Below are positions 48,408 to 58,661 of a DNA stretch of 64,000 nucleotides, one piece after another. The first letter of the stretch is position 1. Every line of letters begins with the position of its first letter. The translations under genes and the position numbers were made by a program. Under the pieces are notes generated by a model. That model ran no database searches and was not told the origin of the DNA. It worked only from the letters and a program-made list of their open reading frames with translations. This stretch comes from an uncultured Cytophagia bacterium (GTDB taxonomy: Bacteria; Zhuqueibacterota; Zhuqueibacteria; Oceanimicrobiales; CAZGRP01), in the NCBI GenBank assembly GCA_964527995.1, contig CAZGRP010000016.1:806-64805 (forward strand), read 5' to 3'.

Positions 48408-51400
48408 ATGCTTGAATGGCTCCAGCGGACGAGCCTGGGGTTGTTCGTTCTACTCTGGCTTGTCGCAGCGATGGCGGCCGAAAACCGAGATGTCCGCGGG
48501 CTGCAGGCCGGTGTCCCAGCCGCCTTCATCCGCGATCTGCAATCCTTTCAACCCAATCGCATCAGGGTTGACGTCGACAATCGCGGGCACATCGTCAGCT
48601 GGTTGCGCAGCGGCGACGCCGGGATGGAGTGGCCGGCGGGAAGTGCTCTGACCCTCGATTTTACCTCAGGCCTGTGGGTCCTGGGGAAAGTGGACGGACA
48701 ACTTCGGTCGGCAGTGGCTGAGTATACCAGCGAGTTCGTTCCTGGCGTGGTCGTCGGAGGCGTGGCACAGGATGCCGACGACCCTCGTTTTCGGATCTAC
48801 ATCATCACGCGGCAGGATCTGTTGGCGGCTCTGGATGACGATCCCCATACCGCACCCGGAAAAGACTACCGCCAGTGGCCGTTTGCCGATGGCGCTCCGG
48901 CATTGAAGGCGAGTGACGGCAGCGATAGCCTCGATGCCGAAGGAAATCGCATCCCGCTATTGCTCGGAGACGCATCGCTCTGGTGCGTGTTCAACGACTT
49001 CGATACCACGGCGCACAACGACCTGTGGCGTACGCCTCCGCTCGGGTTGGAGGTGCAGATGCTGCTGTGGGGCTACAACGGGCCAGGATCGCTGAAAGAT
49101 GTGCTGTTCGCCCGCTACCTGCTGATCAACAAGGGCCCCAACCGCATCGACTCCACTTACGTGGCCCTCTGGGACGACGGCGACGTCGGTGATCCGGTCA
49201 ACGACTTTGTCGGGTTGGACACGACCTTGCAAATGGCCTACATGTGGAACGACGGCCCAGACGACAGGTATGGGCCCGAGGCGCCGGCCCTGGGATACAT
49301 GTGGCTGCAGGGGCCGATGGTGCCCTCACCAGGCCACAGCGCACGTTTCTTCGGCCGTCTGCGTCCCGGGTTTGACAATCTGCCGGTGACGGCGTTCTCT
49401 AAGTTCACCTGAGGAGCCCAGGCCTGCCGTGATCCGCAGGTTGTTCAGGAAGCCTTCAACTACGCCCGGGGATTGCTGTGGGACGGAACGCCTCACGTCA
49501 ATCCTCTGACAGGAGAGGTGAGCACGCTGCCGTACGCAGGGGATCCGGTCTCCGGCCGGGGCTGGATCGACCCTCTGGAAGAGCCTTCTGGGGACCGGCG
49601 CCTGTTCCTGGCCAGCGGGCCTTTTACTTTTGCGCCCGGAGACAGCCAGGAGGTGTTCGTGGCCGTGATGGCGGCCCAGGGTACCGACAACCTCAACAGC
49701 ATTGTTCGGCTACGGGAGCTCGCGGCCGGCGTCCGGAGGCTCTTCCAGAACTGGTGGCGATTCGATCAAGGCGCCCTGTTCACGCCGTCGCCACCGCCGC
49801 CCCCGGATGTTCAGGTCGCCGAGCTTCCAGGACGGGTGGTGCTGAGCTGGAACGCGCGACCCGAATCCTATTCGAGCGTTCAGGGCGTCGAACCCAGCAA
49901 AAACGCGTCGGGCTATCGATTTCAGGGGTATAACGTGTACCAGCTCGATGCAGGCGATGCAGAGGAGGCAACTTTCGTTTGCCGGATGGTCACCTTCGAT
50001 CTCCCCGACGGCGTTCGAAAGATTCGCGATCGGGTCTTCCTGCCTACCATCGGTGAGGAAGTGGAGGTCACGGTTCAGCACGGCACTGACTCGGGAATCC
50101 GGCATTTCCTGGTGGTCGATGAGGATTCCCTTCTGCATCGGCCGCTCGTGAACGGACGAACGTACTACTTCGGGGTCAGCAGCTATGCTTACAACCCGGA
50201 AGGATCCGGCACGGTGTTACCGCATGCGCTGGAGGGCCGCCTGAGGGTGGTCGCCGCCACGCCTCACGATCCAGTCCCGGGAACGGTTCTGACCTACCAG
50301 GTGCTGGACACGGTCGCCTTTGCCGGCCCGTCGGGGGCCCGCAACGCCGAACACTCCGGGAAGAGCCGAGGCACGGTTGTGGCGCTGGCCATCGACCCGC
50401 TGGCGATGCCGACGGCGGAGTACCAGGTCACCTTTGCCGAGCAAGGTGGTCAGGTCTGCTGGAACCTGAGCCGGGACGGCACACGTTTGGTGATGGCGCA
50501 GACGAATCAGTCCGGTGACTGGAACTATCCGATTGTGGACGGCCTGCTGGTGAAAGTGATCGGCCCTCCGTTTGCTTTCGCCTCCAACGCCGAAAGCGAG
50601 GCCGCCGGGATTGTGGAGGTGAGCTACGCTGGCCAGCCCGTTCCGCCCGGTGGCTGGGATGTGGCCGGAGCTCCTTACGAGGGCAACTCGGTCTGGCACA
50701 GCGTCAGCTGGTCGGGGGCCGACGGCCAAGCCGATCGCTTCTTCATCAGCGGCGGATCGACAGGCCGACTTTCGGACCTGACGCGCAACATCCGGAAGGC
50801 CGTCCCGCATGACTATGAGCTCCGGTTCAGCGACCGCGGGAGTCTGGGGTGGTGGAAATTCGAGGGTGACGTCAGCGCGCCGGTGCCGTTCGAGCTTTGG
50901 GACATCGGCGTTGCCACGCCGGTCGATCCTGCCGACGACCAGCAGCTGATCCCGGTGCTACACTCCGGGGGCCACACCGTAGGCATCTTCGACATCAGCG
51001 AGACGACGCCAGACCCGAGAAGCGGCTGGCCGGCAACGGATCGGATCTTCTTCTACGCCGATCCACGAGGCTATGCCGCCTTCGCCGCCGACGCCGAGGA
51101 CGGCACGGTCGATGACACCACGTTCGGCCGCACCGAGCTGATTGCCGATGTGATTCTGGCCGACTTCGACCAGGACGGCCGGCTGCCGCCTCCCGGAACG
51201 GTGATCCGATTCAATACGACCAAACCGAACCTGCCTGGGGATCGATTCAGCTTCGAGGTGAGCGGACCAGGGTACCAGCGCGATCTCGCTCGCCAGCAGA
51301 TTCAGCGGATCAACGTGTTTCCGAATCCCTACTATGCCCAGAACCTCGGAACCCTGGATCCTCTACAAGGGCATGTGACGTTCACCCACCTGCCGGAGCG

Positions 51401-51632
51401 CGCAACGATTCGCATCTTCACCCTGGCAGGTGATCTGGTCCGCACCATCGAGCACCACGATCCCAGCACCTTGGAACGCTGGGATCTGCGAAACCAGGCC
51501 GGCACGCCGGTCGCCAGCGGCATCTATCTGGTTCATGTCGCCATGCCGGGACTGGGTGAGAAAGTGCTGAAGCTGGCAGTGTTCCAGCCGGTATGGATCC
51601 CACCCTATTCCAGCCAGCCTCCGGAACCATGA
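48408..51632 (+). CDS. Large secreted T9SS cargo protein, one reading frame interrupted by an in-frame TGA at 49410-49412 (Sec recoding or nonsense mutation)
   Basis: ORFs 48408..49412 and 49473..51632 are in the same frame with no other stop between them (..AFSKFT*GAQACRDPQVVQEAFNYARGLLWDG..); signal peptide only on the first; CTD INVFPNPYY..WDLRNQAGTPVASGIYL only on the second. Confidence 0.8.
49408..49449 (+). other. Candidate bacterial SECIS hairpin
   Basis: Stem ggcctgc(49421-27)/gcaggtt(49436-42), loop cgtgatcc with G at loop position 2; cctga can also pair with tcagg. Confidence 0.4.
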
Positions 51633-51730
51633 TTCAGCCGGGGCGGTGGCTGTGTCCGGATGCGGGAAGGATGGTGAATCTCCGGTGTGAGCCGCAGTGA
51701 GACCAACAACGCTTCTTCGGGAGTCAAGCA

Positions 51731-52348
51731 ATGAAAAAACTTACCCTACCTCTGTCTGGAAAAGTTGTCAGCGAGCTTCGCGTAGGCGATCAGGTGAGCC
51801 TGAGCGGAGTCATGCTGACGGCGCGAGATGCGGCCCACAAGTTTCTCATCGAGCATTTCATCGACCGCGAGCCGCAGCCTGAAGACCTGGAGTTGTACGA
51901 GAAGATCAAGGCCGACTTGCGGGAGGGGGCGATCTACCACTGCGGTCCGATCGTGCGCAAGCACGACGATCACTGGGAGTTCGTCGCCGCCGGCCCGACA
52001 ACCAGTATTCGCGAGGAGCCGTACGAGGGCCGAGTGATCGAGGCGTTCCAGGTTCGCGCCATCATCGGTAAGGGGGGCATGGGGCCAAGGACGCTCGACG
52101 CTTGCAAGAAGTTCAAGGCTGTGTACCTGCACGCGGTGGGTGGGGCTGCTTCGCTGCTGGCGCAGTCGGTCAAGGAGGTCGTCGACGTCTACAAGCTGGA
52201 TCTTGGAGTGCCGGAAGCTCTGTGGAAGATCCGGGTCGAGGAATTTCCGGCCGTGGTCACCATGGACAGCCACGGCAACAGCCTCCATGCTCGCGTGGCG
52301 GAGAGTTCGGAGCAGAAGTTGAAGGAGATGCTGGAGGCAGTGGCCTGA
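51731..52348 (+). CDS. Class I fumarate hydratase / tartrate dehydratase beta subunit
   Basis: TARDAAHK, YHCGP, AGPTTS, IGKGG, MDSHGNSL. Confidence 0.93.
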   Translation: MKKLTLPLSGKVVSELRVGDQVSLSGVMLTARDAAHKFLIEHFIDREPQPEDLELYEKIKADLREGAIYHCGPIVRKHDDHWEFVAAGPTTSIREEPYEGRVIEAFQVRAIIGKGGMGPRTLDACKKFKAVYLHAVGGAASLLAQSVKEVVDVYKLDLGVPEALWKIRVEEFPAVVTMDSHGNSLHARVAESSEQKLKEMLEAVA

Positions 52349-52461
52349 CCGGCACGGCGCGACGCGGAACCACACCCCCAGGCCACATCGTATGATCGAT
52401 TGAAAGATCGCATCGGGTCTTTGGCACGTGCTGCACGGCATGGTGCAATCGGAGTGCAGGG

Positions 52462-53559
52462 ATGAACGCTAAGATTGTGGCGGGTTGGGTTCTATTGCTC
52501 TCTTGGGCCGGGACACCGGTGAGCGTACAGGCGCAGTACTCCGATCCCTTTTTGGCAGAATACCTGTGGGGTCGCCAGCCCAGCGCTCGAGCCGAGGCCT
52601 TGGGCAGAGCGCAGGTTGCACTGGATGGGGAACTGGCCTCAGTCCTTTTCAACCCGGCAGGGATCGGCGGCATTGAGGGCGTTGCCGGCAGTGCTTCGTA
52701 CGCGTCTCCCTATTATGGGCTGCGCAAAGCCAGGTACTACTTCGCTGCCGCCGGGATGCGTTTCGCCTCCAATGCCGTGCTCGCACTGAGTGCCCATCAC
52801 TTGACGTATGGGGATAAATTCGTCTACCTGCGAGACCCCGCCAGCGGTGCAACTGCCTCCTTCACCCCCTACGTTTCCAACTATGCCTTAACTCTTGCCT
52901 TCCAGGCTTTTCGCGGTGTCTACGTTGGCGCCAGCCCACACCTGCTATCGTGGCACTACCTCGATGGCAAGACCGCCACAACAGCGATGCTGGATCTCGG
53001 AATGTTGGCGACCGTGTGGCAGCGCAATACAGGGACGGCCAAACAAAGTGTTCGATTGGGAGGCAGCATCTACAATCTTGGCTATTCGAAACTCACGCTG
53101 GAAAAGCACCGGGAAGCTCTCCCCGTCATCGGCAGAATGGGCTTCAGTTACAGGCTCAGGGCACTCAAGGACGGGTTGGCCAAGGGAGTGTACGCCTTCG
53201 GACTCCTGTTGCTGGGTGAGTTCCAGGATCTTTTTAATTCCGGGTATCATACCGCCTTCCGCGTCGGTGCCGAAGTCACCTTTCTGGATATGTGGGTCCT
53301 TCGTGCAGGGTACTACAGCGAAACTCTGTATGACTATGGTTACCCTGCCGTCAACAAAGACCGGCTGGCAGATCTCACCTATGGTCTGGGTCTGATGGTG
53401 CCGGTGCGAAGGTTGACGCACGGCCGGACGCCCCTGGAAATCCGGCTTGACCTTGTCTCGCTTCCGCAAGTCAGCTACACTAGAAGGGGGCTGGACCTGA
53501 ACAATTTCACTACGGTCACTGTGGCTGTGAACTGGGGGGTTCGTGGCCGAGGACGATGA
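52462..53559 (+). CDS. PorV/PorQ-like outer-membrane protein
   Basis: Signal peptide, PSARAEALGRAQVA..SVLFNPAGI, LDLG, LRAGY, TYGLG. Confidence 0.75.
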   Translation: MNAKIVAGWVLLLSWAGTPVSVQAQYSDPFLAEYLWGRQPSARAEALGRAQVALDGELASVLFNPAGIGGIEGVAGSASYASPYYGLRKARYYFAAAGMRFASNAVLALSAHHLTYGDKFVYLRDPASGATASFTPYVSNYALTLAFQAFRGVYVGASPHLLSWHYLDGKTATTAMLDLGMLATVWQRNTGTAKQSVRLGGSIYNLGYSKLTLEKHREALPVIGRMGFSYRLRALKDGLAKGVYAFGLLLLGEFQDLFNSGYHTAFRVGAEVTFLDMWVLRAGYYSETLYDYGYPAVNKDRLADLTYGLGLMVPVRRLTHGRTPLEIRLDLVSLPQVSYTRRGLDLNNFTTVTVAVNWGVRGRGR

Positions 53560-53718
53560 ACTGGCCCGAAATCCTCGCCTTCGATGGATTCACAGGCGGT
53601 AGTGCGCGCTCGTCCAGACCGGTACGTCACGTATGAGGCCGGCTGGATCCTGGTGCTTGCGCGCGTCGAGTTTGGTTCATCGACGCCAGGGGAAACAAAC
53701 AAAAGGAGGTGAAGCGTC

Positions 53719-54273
53719 ATGGCCAAGGTTCTCATTCTCGCGGGAGACGCTGTCGAAGCTTTGGAGGTGATGTATCCATATCAGCGTCTCAAGGAGGAGG
53801 GATTTGAGGCGGTCATCGCCGCTCCCAAGAAGAAAGTTCTGCAGTCGGTGGTTCACGACTTCGAGCCGGGAATCGATACCTACACGGAGAAGCTGGGCTA
53901 CCGGGTGCCCGCCGACTTGGCCTTCAACGATGTTAAGCCGGAAGAGTATGTAGGGCTTGTGCTGCCAGGCGGGCGGGCGCCGGAGTGGATCCGCAACGAG
54001 GAGGGAATCGACGCCATCATCAGGCACTTTTTTGACAGCCACAAGCCGGTGGCAGCGATTTGCCACGCCGGCCTCATCCTGGCGGCGCTCGACCTGGTGA
54101 AGGGTCGCACCTTGGCCGCCTATCCAGCCCTGAAGCGCGACATCGAGATGGCTGGCGGCACCTTCCGCGACGCTGAAGTCGTCGTCGACAAGAACCTGGT
54201 GACGGCCCGCGCATGGCCGGATCATCCGGCGTTCATGCGTGAGTTCATGAAAATGCTCAAGGAAGCGAAGTAA
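53719..54273 (+). CDS. DJ-1/PfpI family protein
   Basis: EALE, PGGRAPE, AICH nucleophile, WPDHP. Confidence 0.93.
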   Translation: MAKVLILAGDAVEALEVMYPYQRLKEEGFEAVIAAPKKKVLQSVVHDFEPGIDTYTEKLGYRVPADLAFNDVKPEEYVGLVLPGGRAPEWIRNEEGIDAIIRHFFDSHKPVAAICHAGLILAALDLVKGRTLAAYPALKRDIEMAGGTFRDAEVVVDKNLVTARAWPDHPAFMREFMKMLKEAK

Positions 54274-54536
54274 GCGGAAAAAGGTTGCCCGCAAGTAGGA
54301 AACGAAGACACTGCGGCCGGAGCCATTTGCGACTCCTCCGGCCGCAGCGCCCTGGACTCGCCAGGTTCTTTCGGGGTAACACTTCCGCCGTCTGCCAATA
54401 GCATCTGGCTTTTCTGATTCCCGCAAAGATGACAGCCGGGCTGCAACTGCCCAACCGATTCGCTGGCGACTACCCCTCTGCTCGCGAAGGTAGGCTGCGC
54501 TGAATCAAAGGCATCGTTAAGGAGGAGTAGACCGTC

Positions 54537-55022
54537 ATGGTTGCACAGTTGGATCGGCTTCTTGCAGACGACTGGGACACCGCCCTGGCACTTCTCGCAG
54601 ATAGCGGTGTCTATCAGCTCCTGGTCGAGATCTCGCGAAGCTCGGTGTTGGAAATCGGCAAGATCGGTCTTGTGGAATTGCCGCGCGGCGCCTATCTTTA
54701 CACTGGCAGCGCCAGGCGAGGACTTTATGCGCGGTTGTCACGACATCTTCGCCACGAAAAGAAGCTGCGGTGGCACATCGATTATCTTCTTCGGGCAGGT
54801 CGGGTTGCCGGCATACGGGCCCTGCCATGGCAGCTCGGCCTTGAGTGCCATCTGAATCTTCTGTCTCTGTCCGAGAACGGCGTACAGGTCCCGGTCCGGG
54901 GGTTCGGAGCCTCAGACTGCTGCTGCCCTGCTCATCTTCTCTACCTGGGCGCACAGCATGACGCTGTGGCGCGCACCGTCTCCTCCTGGACACAGAATAC
55001 GGAGAAACCAGCCCGTGCCTGA
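54537..55022 (+). CDS. GIY-YIG nuclease (DUF123)
   Basis: GVYQL, YLYTGSA, RLSRH, WHIDYL, GFGASDCCCPAHL. Confidence 0.85.
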   Translation: MVAQLDRLLADDWDTALALLADSGVYQLLVEISRSSVLEIGKIGLVELPRGAYLYTGSARRGLYARLSRHLRHEKKLRWHIDYLLRAGRVAGIRALPWQLGLECHLNLLSLSENGVQVPVRGFGASDCCCPAHLLYLGAQHDAVARTVSSWTQNTEKPARA

Positions 55023-56235
55023 AGCGATGACTCCACGCCAGCGGATGCTGACGGCGCTCCGGCACGGAGTGCCCGACATCGTGCCCGTCTGCCCCGACAT
55101 TTCCAACATGATTCCGTGCCGTCTCACCGGCAAGCCGTACTGGGAGATCTATGTCTTCAATAATCCAGGACTTGGGGAAGCCTACCTGGAAGCGGCCCGT
55201 CGGCTGGGCATCGAGGTCTGGTATCTTTACGGTTATGTGCCGGGCGGCAATCGTCAGTTTCCGCTCGATCTCGACCTGGTGGAGCCGCTGGTCTACGACA
55301 ACATCACCGTTCCCAAAGAACTGGTGCGCAAGGAGATTCTGGAGCGCAGTGAAGAGAAGCTGGTGGAGCAGGTGACGGTGGAGACGCCTCTGGGAGAGCT
55401 GGAGACTACTTCTGTCTACATGCGCGAGGCGCCGCCGTGGGATGTGACCAACTTCATCAAAGACATCGATCGAGATTGGCCCAGATTGAAATGGCTGATC
55501 GGAGAGGACTGGCACTGGGGAGATCAGTGCGTGGAATATGAAAAGGTAGGTGACTCTGGCGTCTATGGCCTTCAGGTCCACACCTTTGTTGACTGGTGGG
55601 ATGGCGTCCGCTCCGGAACCTCGGAGAGGCTCATACTTGACTTCTACGACTACCCCAGGCAGATGGAGGAGATCTACAATTTTTTTCGTGTCTTCACGCT
55701 CTCGCGCGTCCATGGGCTGATCGAAGCTGGCGTCGACGAAGTCCTGGTGCAGGGATCCAACAGCTCGATGTCGTTGATCAACCCCCAGATTTACAAGGAA
55801 TTCGTGTTGCCACTAAACATCGAGATCAGCATGCTGTGCCGGAAGCGCGGCACCATCGCCCACCTGCACACATGTGGCCGCTCCAGGCAGGTGGTTGAAT
55901 GGAACGCTGAGCAGGCTTTCTTCGATGTCATCGAACCCCTGGAAAAACCGCCGAGCGGGGACGTCGACCTCGCCGAGGTGAAAAGAAAGTATGGGCAGAA
56001 GGTGGCTCTAAAGGGGAATCTGCTTACGAGTGGAAATCTTCTACTCGGCACACCGGCCGACGTCGAGCGGGAGGTCGTCGAGACTCTGCAGGCAGGGGCC
56101 GAGGGTGGCGGGTTCATTCTGTCCACCGGCGATCAAGTCGGCGGCAATACGCCACTGGAGAACCTCGAAGCCATGATTGAGGCAGGCAGGAAGTACGGCA
56201 CGTACACCGATGACGGCAGGTTGGCGGCGTTCTGA
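55015..56235 (+). CDS. Uroporphyrinogen decarboxylase-fold protein (MtaA/CmuA-like superfamily)
   Basis: MTPRQRML..PD.VP, HLHTCG, ALKGNL, GTPADV, GFILSTG, TPLEN. Confidence 0.82.
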   Translation: MPEAMTPRQRMLTALRHGVPDIVPVCPDISNMIPCRLTGKPYWEIYVFNNPGLGEAYLEAARRLGIEVWYLYGYVPGGNRQFPLDLDLVEPLVYDNITVPKELVRKEILERSEEKLVEQVTVETPLGELETTSVYMREAPPWDVTNFIKDIDRDWPRLKWLIGEDWHWGDQCVEYEKVGDSGVYGLQVHTFVDWWDGVRSGTSERLILDFYDYPRQMEEIYNFFRVFTLSRVHGLIEAGVDEVLVQGSNSSMSLINPQIYKEFVLPLNIEISMLCRKRGTIAHLHTCGRSRQVVEWNAEQAFFDVIEPLEKPPSGDVDLAEVKRKYGQKVALKGNLLTSGNLLLGTPADVEREVVETLQAGAEGGGFILSTGDQVGGNTPLENLEAMIEAGRKYGTYTDDGRLAAF

Positions 56236-56255
56236 TGACGGCGACCTCCAGCCGC

Positions 56256-56816
56256 TTAGAAGATCTCGCGCAGTGCGATTTCGAGACCCTGGAGGAGGGG
56301 CGAACACAGGGTGTCTTTCTTGCCGAACGTCGCCTGTTTCTTGTAGACCCCGGCCGCCAGGGACAGCACCTCGATGGTCTCGGCCTCCGGGTCGACGATC
56401 CAGTATTCCTGGACGCCGAAACGAGCGTAGAGCTTGCGCTTGACCGTGGTGTCACGCTCGCGGGTAGCCGGGGAGAGGATCTCGACGATGAGGTCCGGGG
56501 CGCCCTGGAGGTTCTCCTCTTTCACTCGGGAGAGATGGGCGTTCGACACAAAGAGGAGATCGGGCTGCAAGACATCGTGCTCGGAAAGTACAACGTCGTA
56601 AGGGGCCTCGAGCACGCGCCCCAAACGGTGATCCTTGACAAACGTGAACAGCTTGACGGCTACAGCAAGTGAGATGTTTTGGTGTCTGGTGCTCGGCGAC
56701 GGTGACATGAAGAGGTCCCCCTCGATGATTTCATAGCGCTTGCCGTCATCGGGGAGGTGGCGGTAGTCTTCATAGGTGAAGGCGAGCGCCTCGGTCTTAG
56801 CTGCAGCAGGCATCAC
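56256..56816 (-). CDS. Uma2 (DUF820) family endonuclease-fold protein
   Basis: RYEIIEG, PSTRHQ, QPDL, GAPDLIVEILSP, KRKLY, EYWIVDP. Confidence 0.93.
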   Translation of the reverse strand: MMPAAAKTEALAFTYEDYRHLPDDGKRYEIIEGDLFMSPSPSTRHQNISLAVAVKLFTFVKDHRLGRVLEAPYDVVLSEHDVLQPDLLFVSNAHLSRVKEENLQGAPDLIVEILSPATRERDTTVKRKLYARFGVQEYWIVDPEAETIEVLSLAAGVYKKQATFGKKDTLCSPLLQGLEIALREIF

Positions 56817-56854
56817 TTTACTCCGGCTTTTGCATTCTGGTGGTTCACATCATC

Positions 56855-56883
56855 AAGATAAGCAAACCCGTGCTGGAATGCAA
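56855..56883 (-). promoter_or_regulatory. Putative sigma70 promoter of the Uma2 gene
   Basis: Minus strand TTGCAT-N17-TATCTT. Confidence 0.55.
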
Positions 56884-56965
56884 GAATTCTTGATCGGCGG
56901 GCCTGCGGTGTGGGTCTGGCGTGCTCGCCGTTCCGTTCGAACGAAATGAAGAAAGGGAAAAGATC

Positions 56966-58282
56966 ATGGCTCGAAAACCACAACGACCCAAGCAGAAGGA
57001 AGAATATCGGGTTCGCACCCATCTGATCCACGGCAATTTCGAGAGCAAGAAATGGGACTATGATCATCACGTCGTCCCCCCGATGTCGTCGTCGACCACT
57101 TATCGACTCAGCAGCGTGCAGCGTGGAGCCCAAGGTTTCTTCGAGTTTGCCAGTGAACACCTCGATTTCAAACAGCACGTGCCCATCTATATCTACGATC
57201 GTCTCGAGGAGCCCACGCGCAGCATGCTGGAGGAGAATCTCGCCTACGCCGAGGGCGCCGAGATGTGCGTGACTTTCGCCACTGGCATGGCTGCAGTCAG
57301 CGCGGCCCTCGGAATGCTGCTCGAAACCGGTCACGAGATCGTCGCCCATCAGGTGATGTACGGCTGTACGCATAGTCTGGTGACCAATTGGCTGCCCCGG
57401 TATGGCATCCAGACGCGCATGACCGATCTGATGGATTTGGACAACTTGCGCCGGGCGATCACATCCAAGACGCGTGTCGTCTACTTCGAGACTCCGGTCA
57501 ACCCGACCCTCGATCTGATCGACATTGCCGCAGTGCGACGGGTGGTCGACGAGTTCAATTCCGAGAGGCCGGCCGAGCGTCGGATTCGCATCGTGGTAGA
57601 CAATACCTTCGCGACGCCCTACTGCCAGCGACCGATTTCGCACGGTGCAGACATCGTGGTCCATAGTCTCACCAAGGACATCGGTGGTTTCGGCACTGAC
57701 ATGGGTGGCGCCGTTCTTGGTCCGAACGAGCTTTACAGCCGGCTGCTGCTCTACCGCAAGGACTTCGGCGGTGTCCTTTCTCCGAAAAGTGCCTGGACAT
57801 TCCTGGTCTATGGCCTGCCGACCTTGGCTACCAGGATGACCAACCAGCAGAAAACCGCTCTCAAAGTAGCCAAGTTCCTGGCCAATCACCCGAAGGTCGC
57901 CCGCGTCGCCTACCCCGGCCTGGAAACGTTCCCGCAATACGCCCTGGCCAAACGCCAGATGGTCAACTACGACGGCAGATTTGCCCCGGGAGCGTTGATC
58001 TACTTTCTGCTCAAGGACGCAGCTTCGGAGCAGGGCCAGAGCGACAAGGTCGAGAGGTTCATCGACTACATCGCCGAACATGCCTACTGTATCACGCTGG
58101 CTGTCAGCCTGGGGCACACGAAGACCCTGATCGAGAACCCGTACTCGATGACCCACGCCACCGTGCCGGAAGAGGAGAAACGCCAGCACGGTCTCGAGCC
58201 GGGAGGCATCCGTCTGGCCATCGGCCTGGAAGACTGGCACGACATCATCGAGGATTTGCAGGCAGCGTTCGATTCGATCTGA
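56966..58282 (+). CDS. PLP-dependent methionine gamma-lyase-like enzyme
   Basis: YIYDRL, GMAA, YGCT, ETPVNP, DNTFATP, HSLTK, AVSLG, RLAIGLE. Confidence 0.85.
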   Translation: MARKPQRPKQKEEYRVRTHLIHGNFESKKWDYDHHVVPPMSSSTTYRLSSVQRGAQGFFEFASEHLDFKQHVPIYIYDRLEEPTRSMLEENLAYAEGAEMCVTFATGMAAVSAALGMLLETGHEIVAHQVMYGCTHSLVTNWLPRYGIQTRMTDLMDLDNLRRAITSKTRVVYFETPVNPTLDLIDIAAVRRVVDEFNSERPAERRIRIVVDNTFATPYCQRPISHGADIVVHSLTKDIGGFGTDMGGAVLGPNELYSRLLLYRKDFGGVLSPKSAWTFLVYGLPTLATRMTNQQKTALKVAKFLANHPKVARVAYPGLETFPQYALAKRQMVNYDGRFAPGALIYFLLKDAASEQGQSDKVERFIDYIAEHAYCITLAVSLGHTKTLIENPYSMTHATVPEEEKRQHGLEPGGIRLAIGLEDWHDIIEDLQAAFDSI

Positions 58283-58661
58283 CCCGGCAGGCGCTGACTG
58301 CACCAGCCAGGCGTAGCAGGAACTCTGCGGCGGGCGGAGGTGACATGCGACGGGGGTGTTCTCGGTCCCCATGTGCTTGGGGTTGTGGGGTTTCTCAGAT
58401 GTGGTAAAGCGACGGGAGTTTTTCGCAGCCTTGAGAGTGACACCAACACTTGGCACTTTCAGGGCTCAATCGTGCGGCCGGATACGAACTGTTGACGACA
58501 TTGTAACCGCGTATCTATTAGACGGTTAGGGTTGACTCAGCAAGACAGCTCGGTGGGATGTGGCTGGCATGTTTTTTGTGTGGGTGCGGTGTCGTTCACG
58601 ATCGATGGGAAAGTGAGCGGCAGTCTTTTCGTTCCCGTCTTCCCCAAGAAGGAGACCCGCC

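Noticed and set aside
52422-52450. TGGCAC upstream of the PorV-like gene as a sigma54 site
   Set aside because: The GG to GC spacing is not 10 nt.
54274-54536. Possible riboswitch or gene remnant upstream of the GIY-YIG gene
   Set aside because: No riboswitch consensus or protein motif recognised.
54537-56816. GIY-YIG and Uma2 genes as a defence or mobile island
   Set aside because: Both families are commonly solitary; no integrase, methylase or flanking repeats seen.
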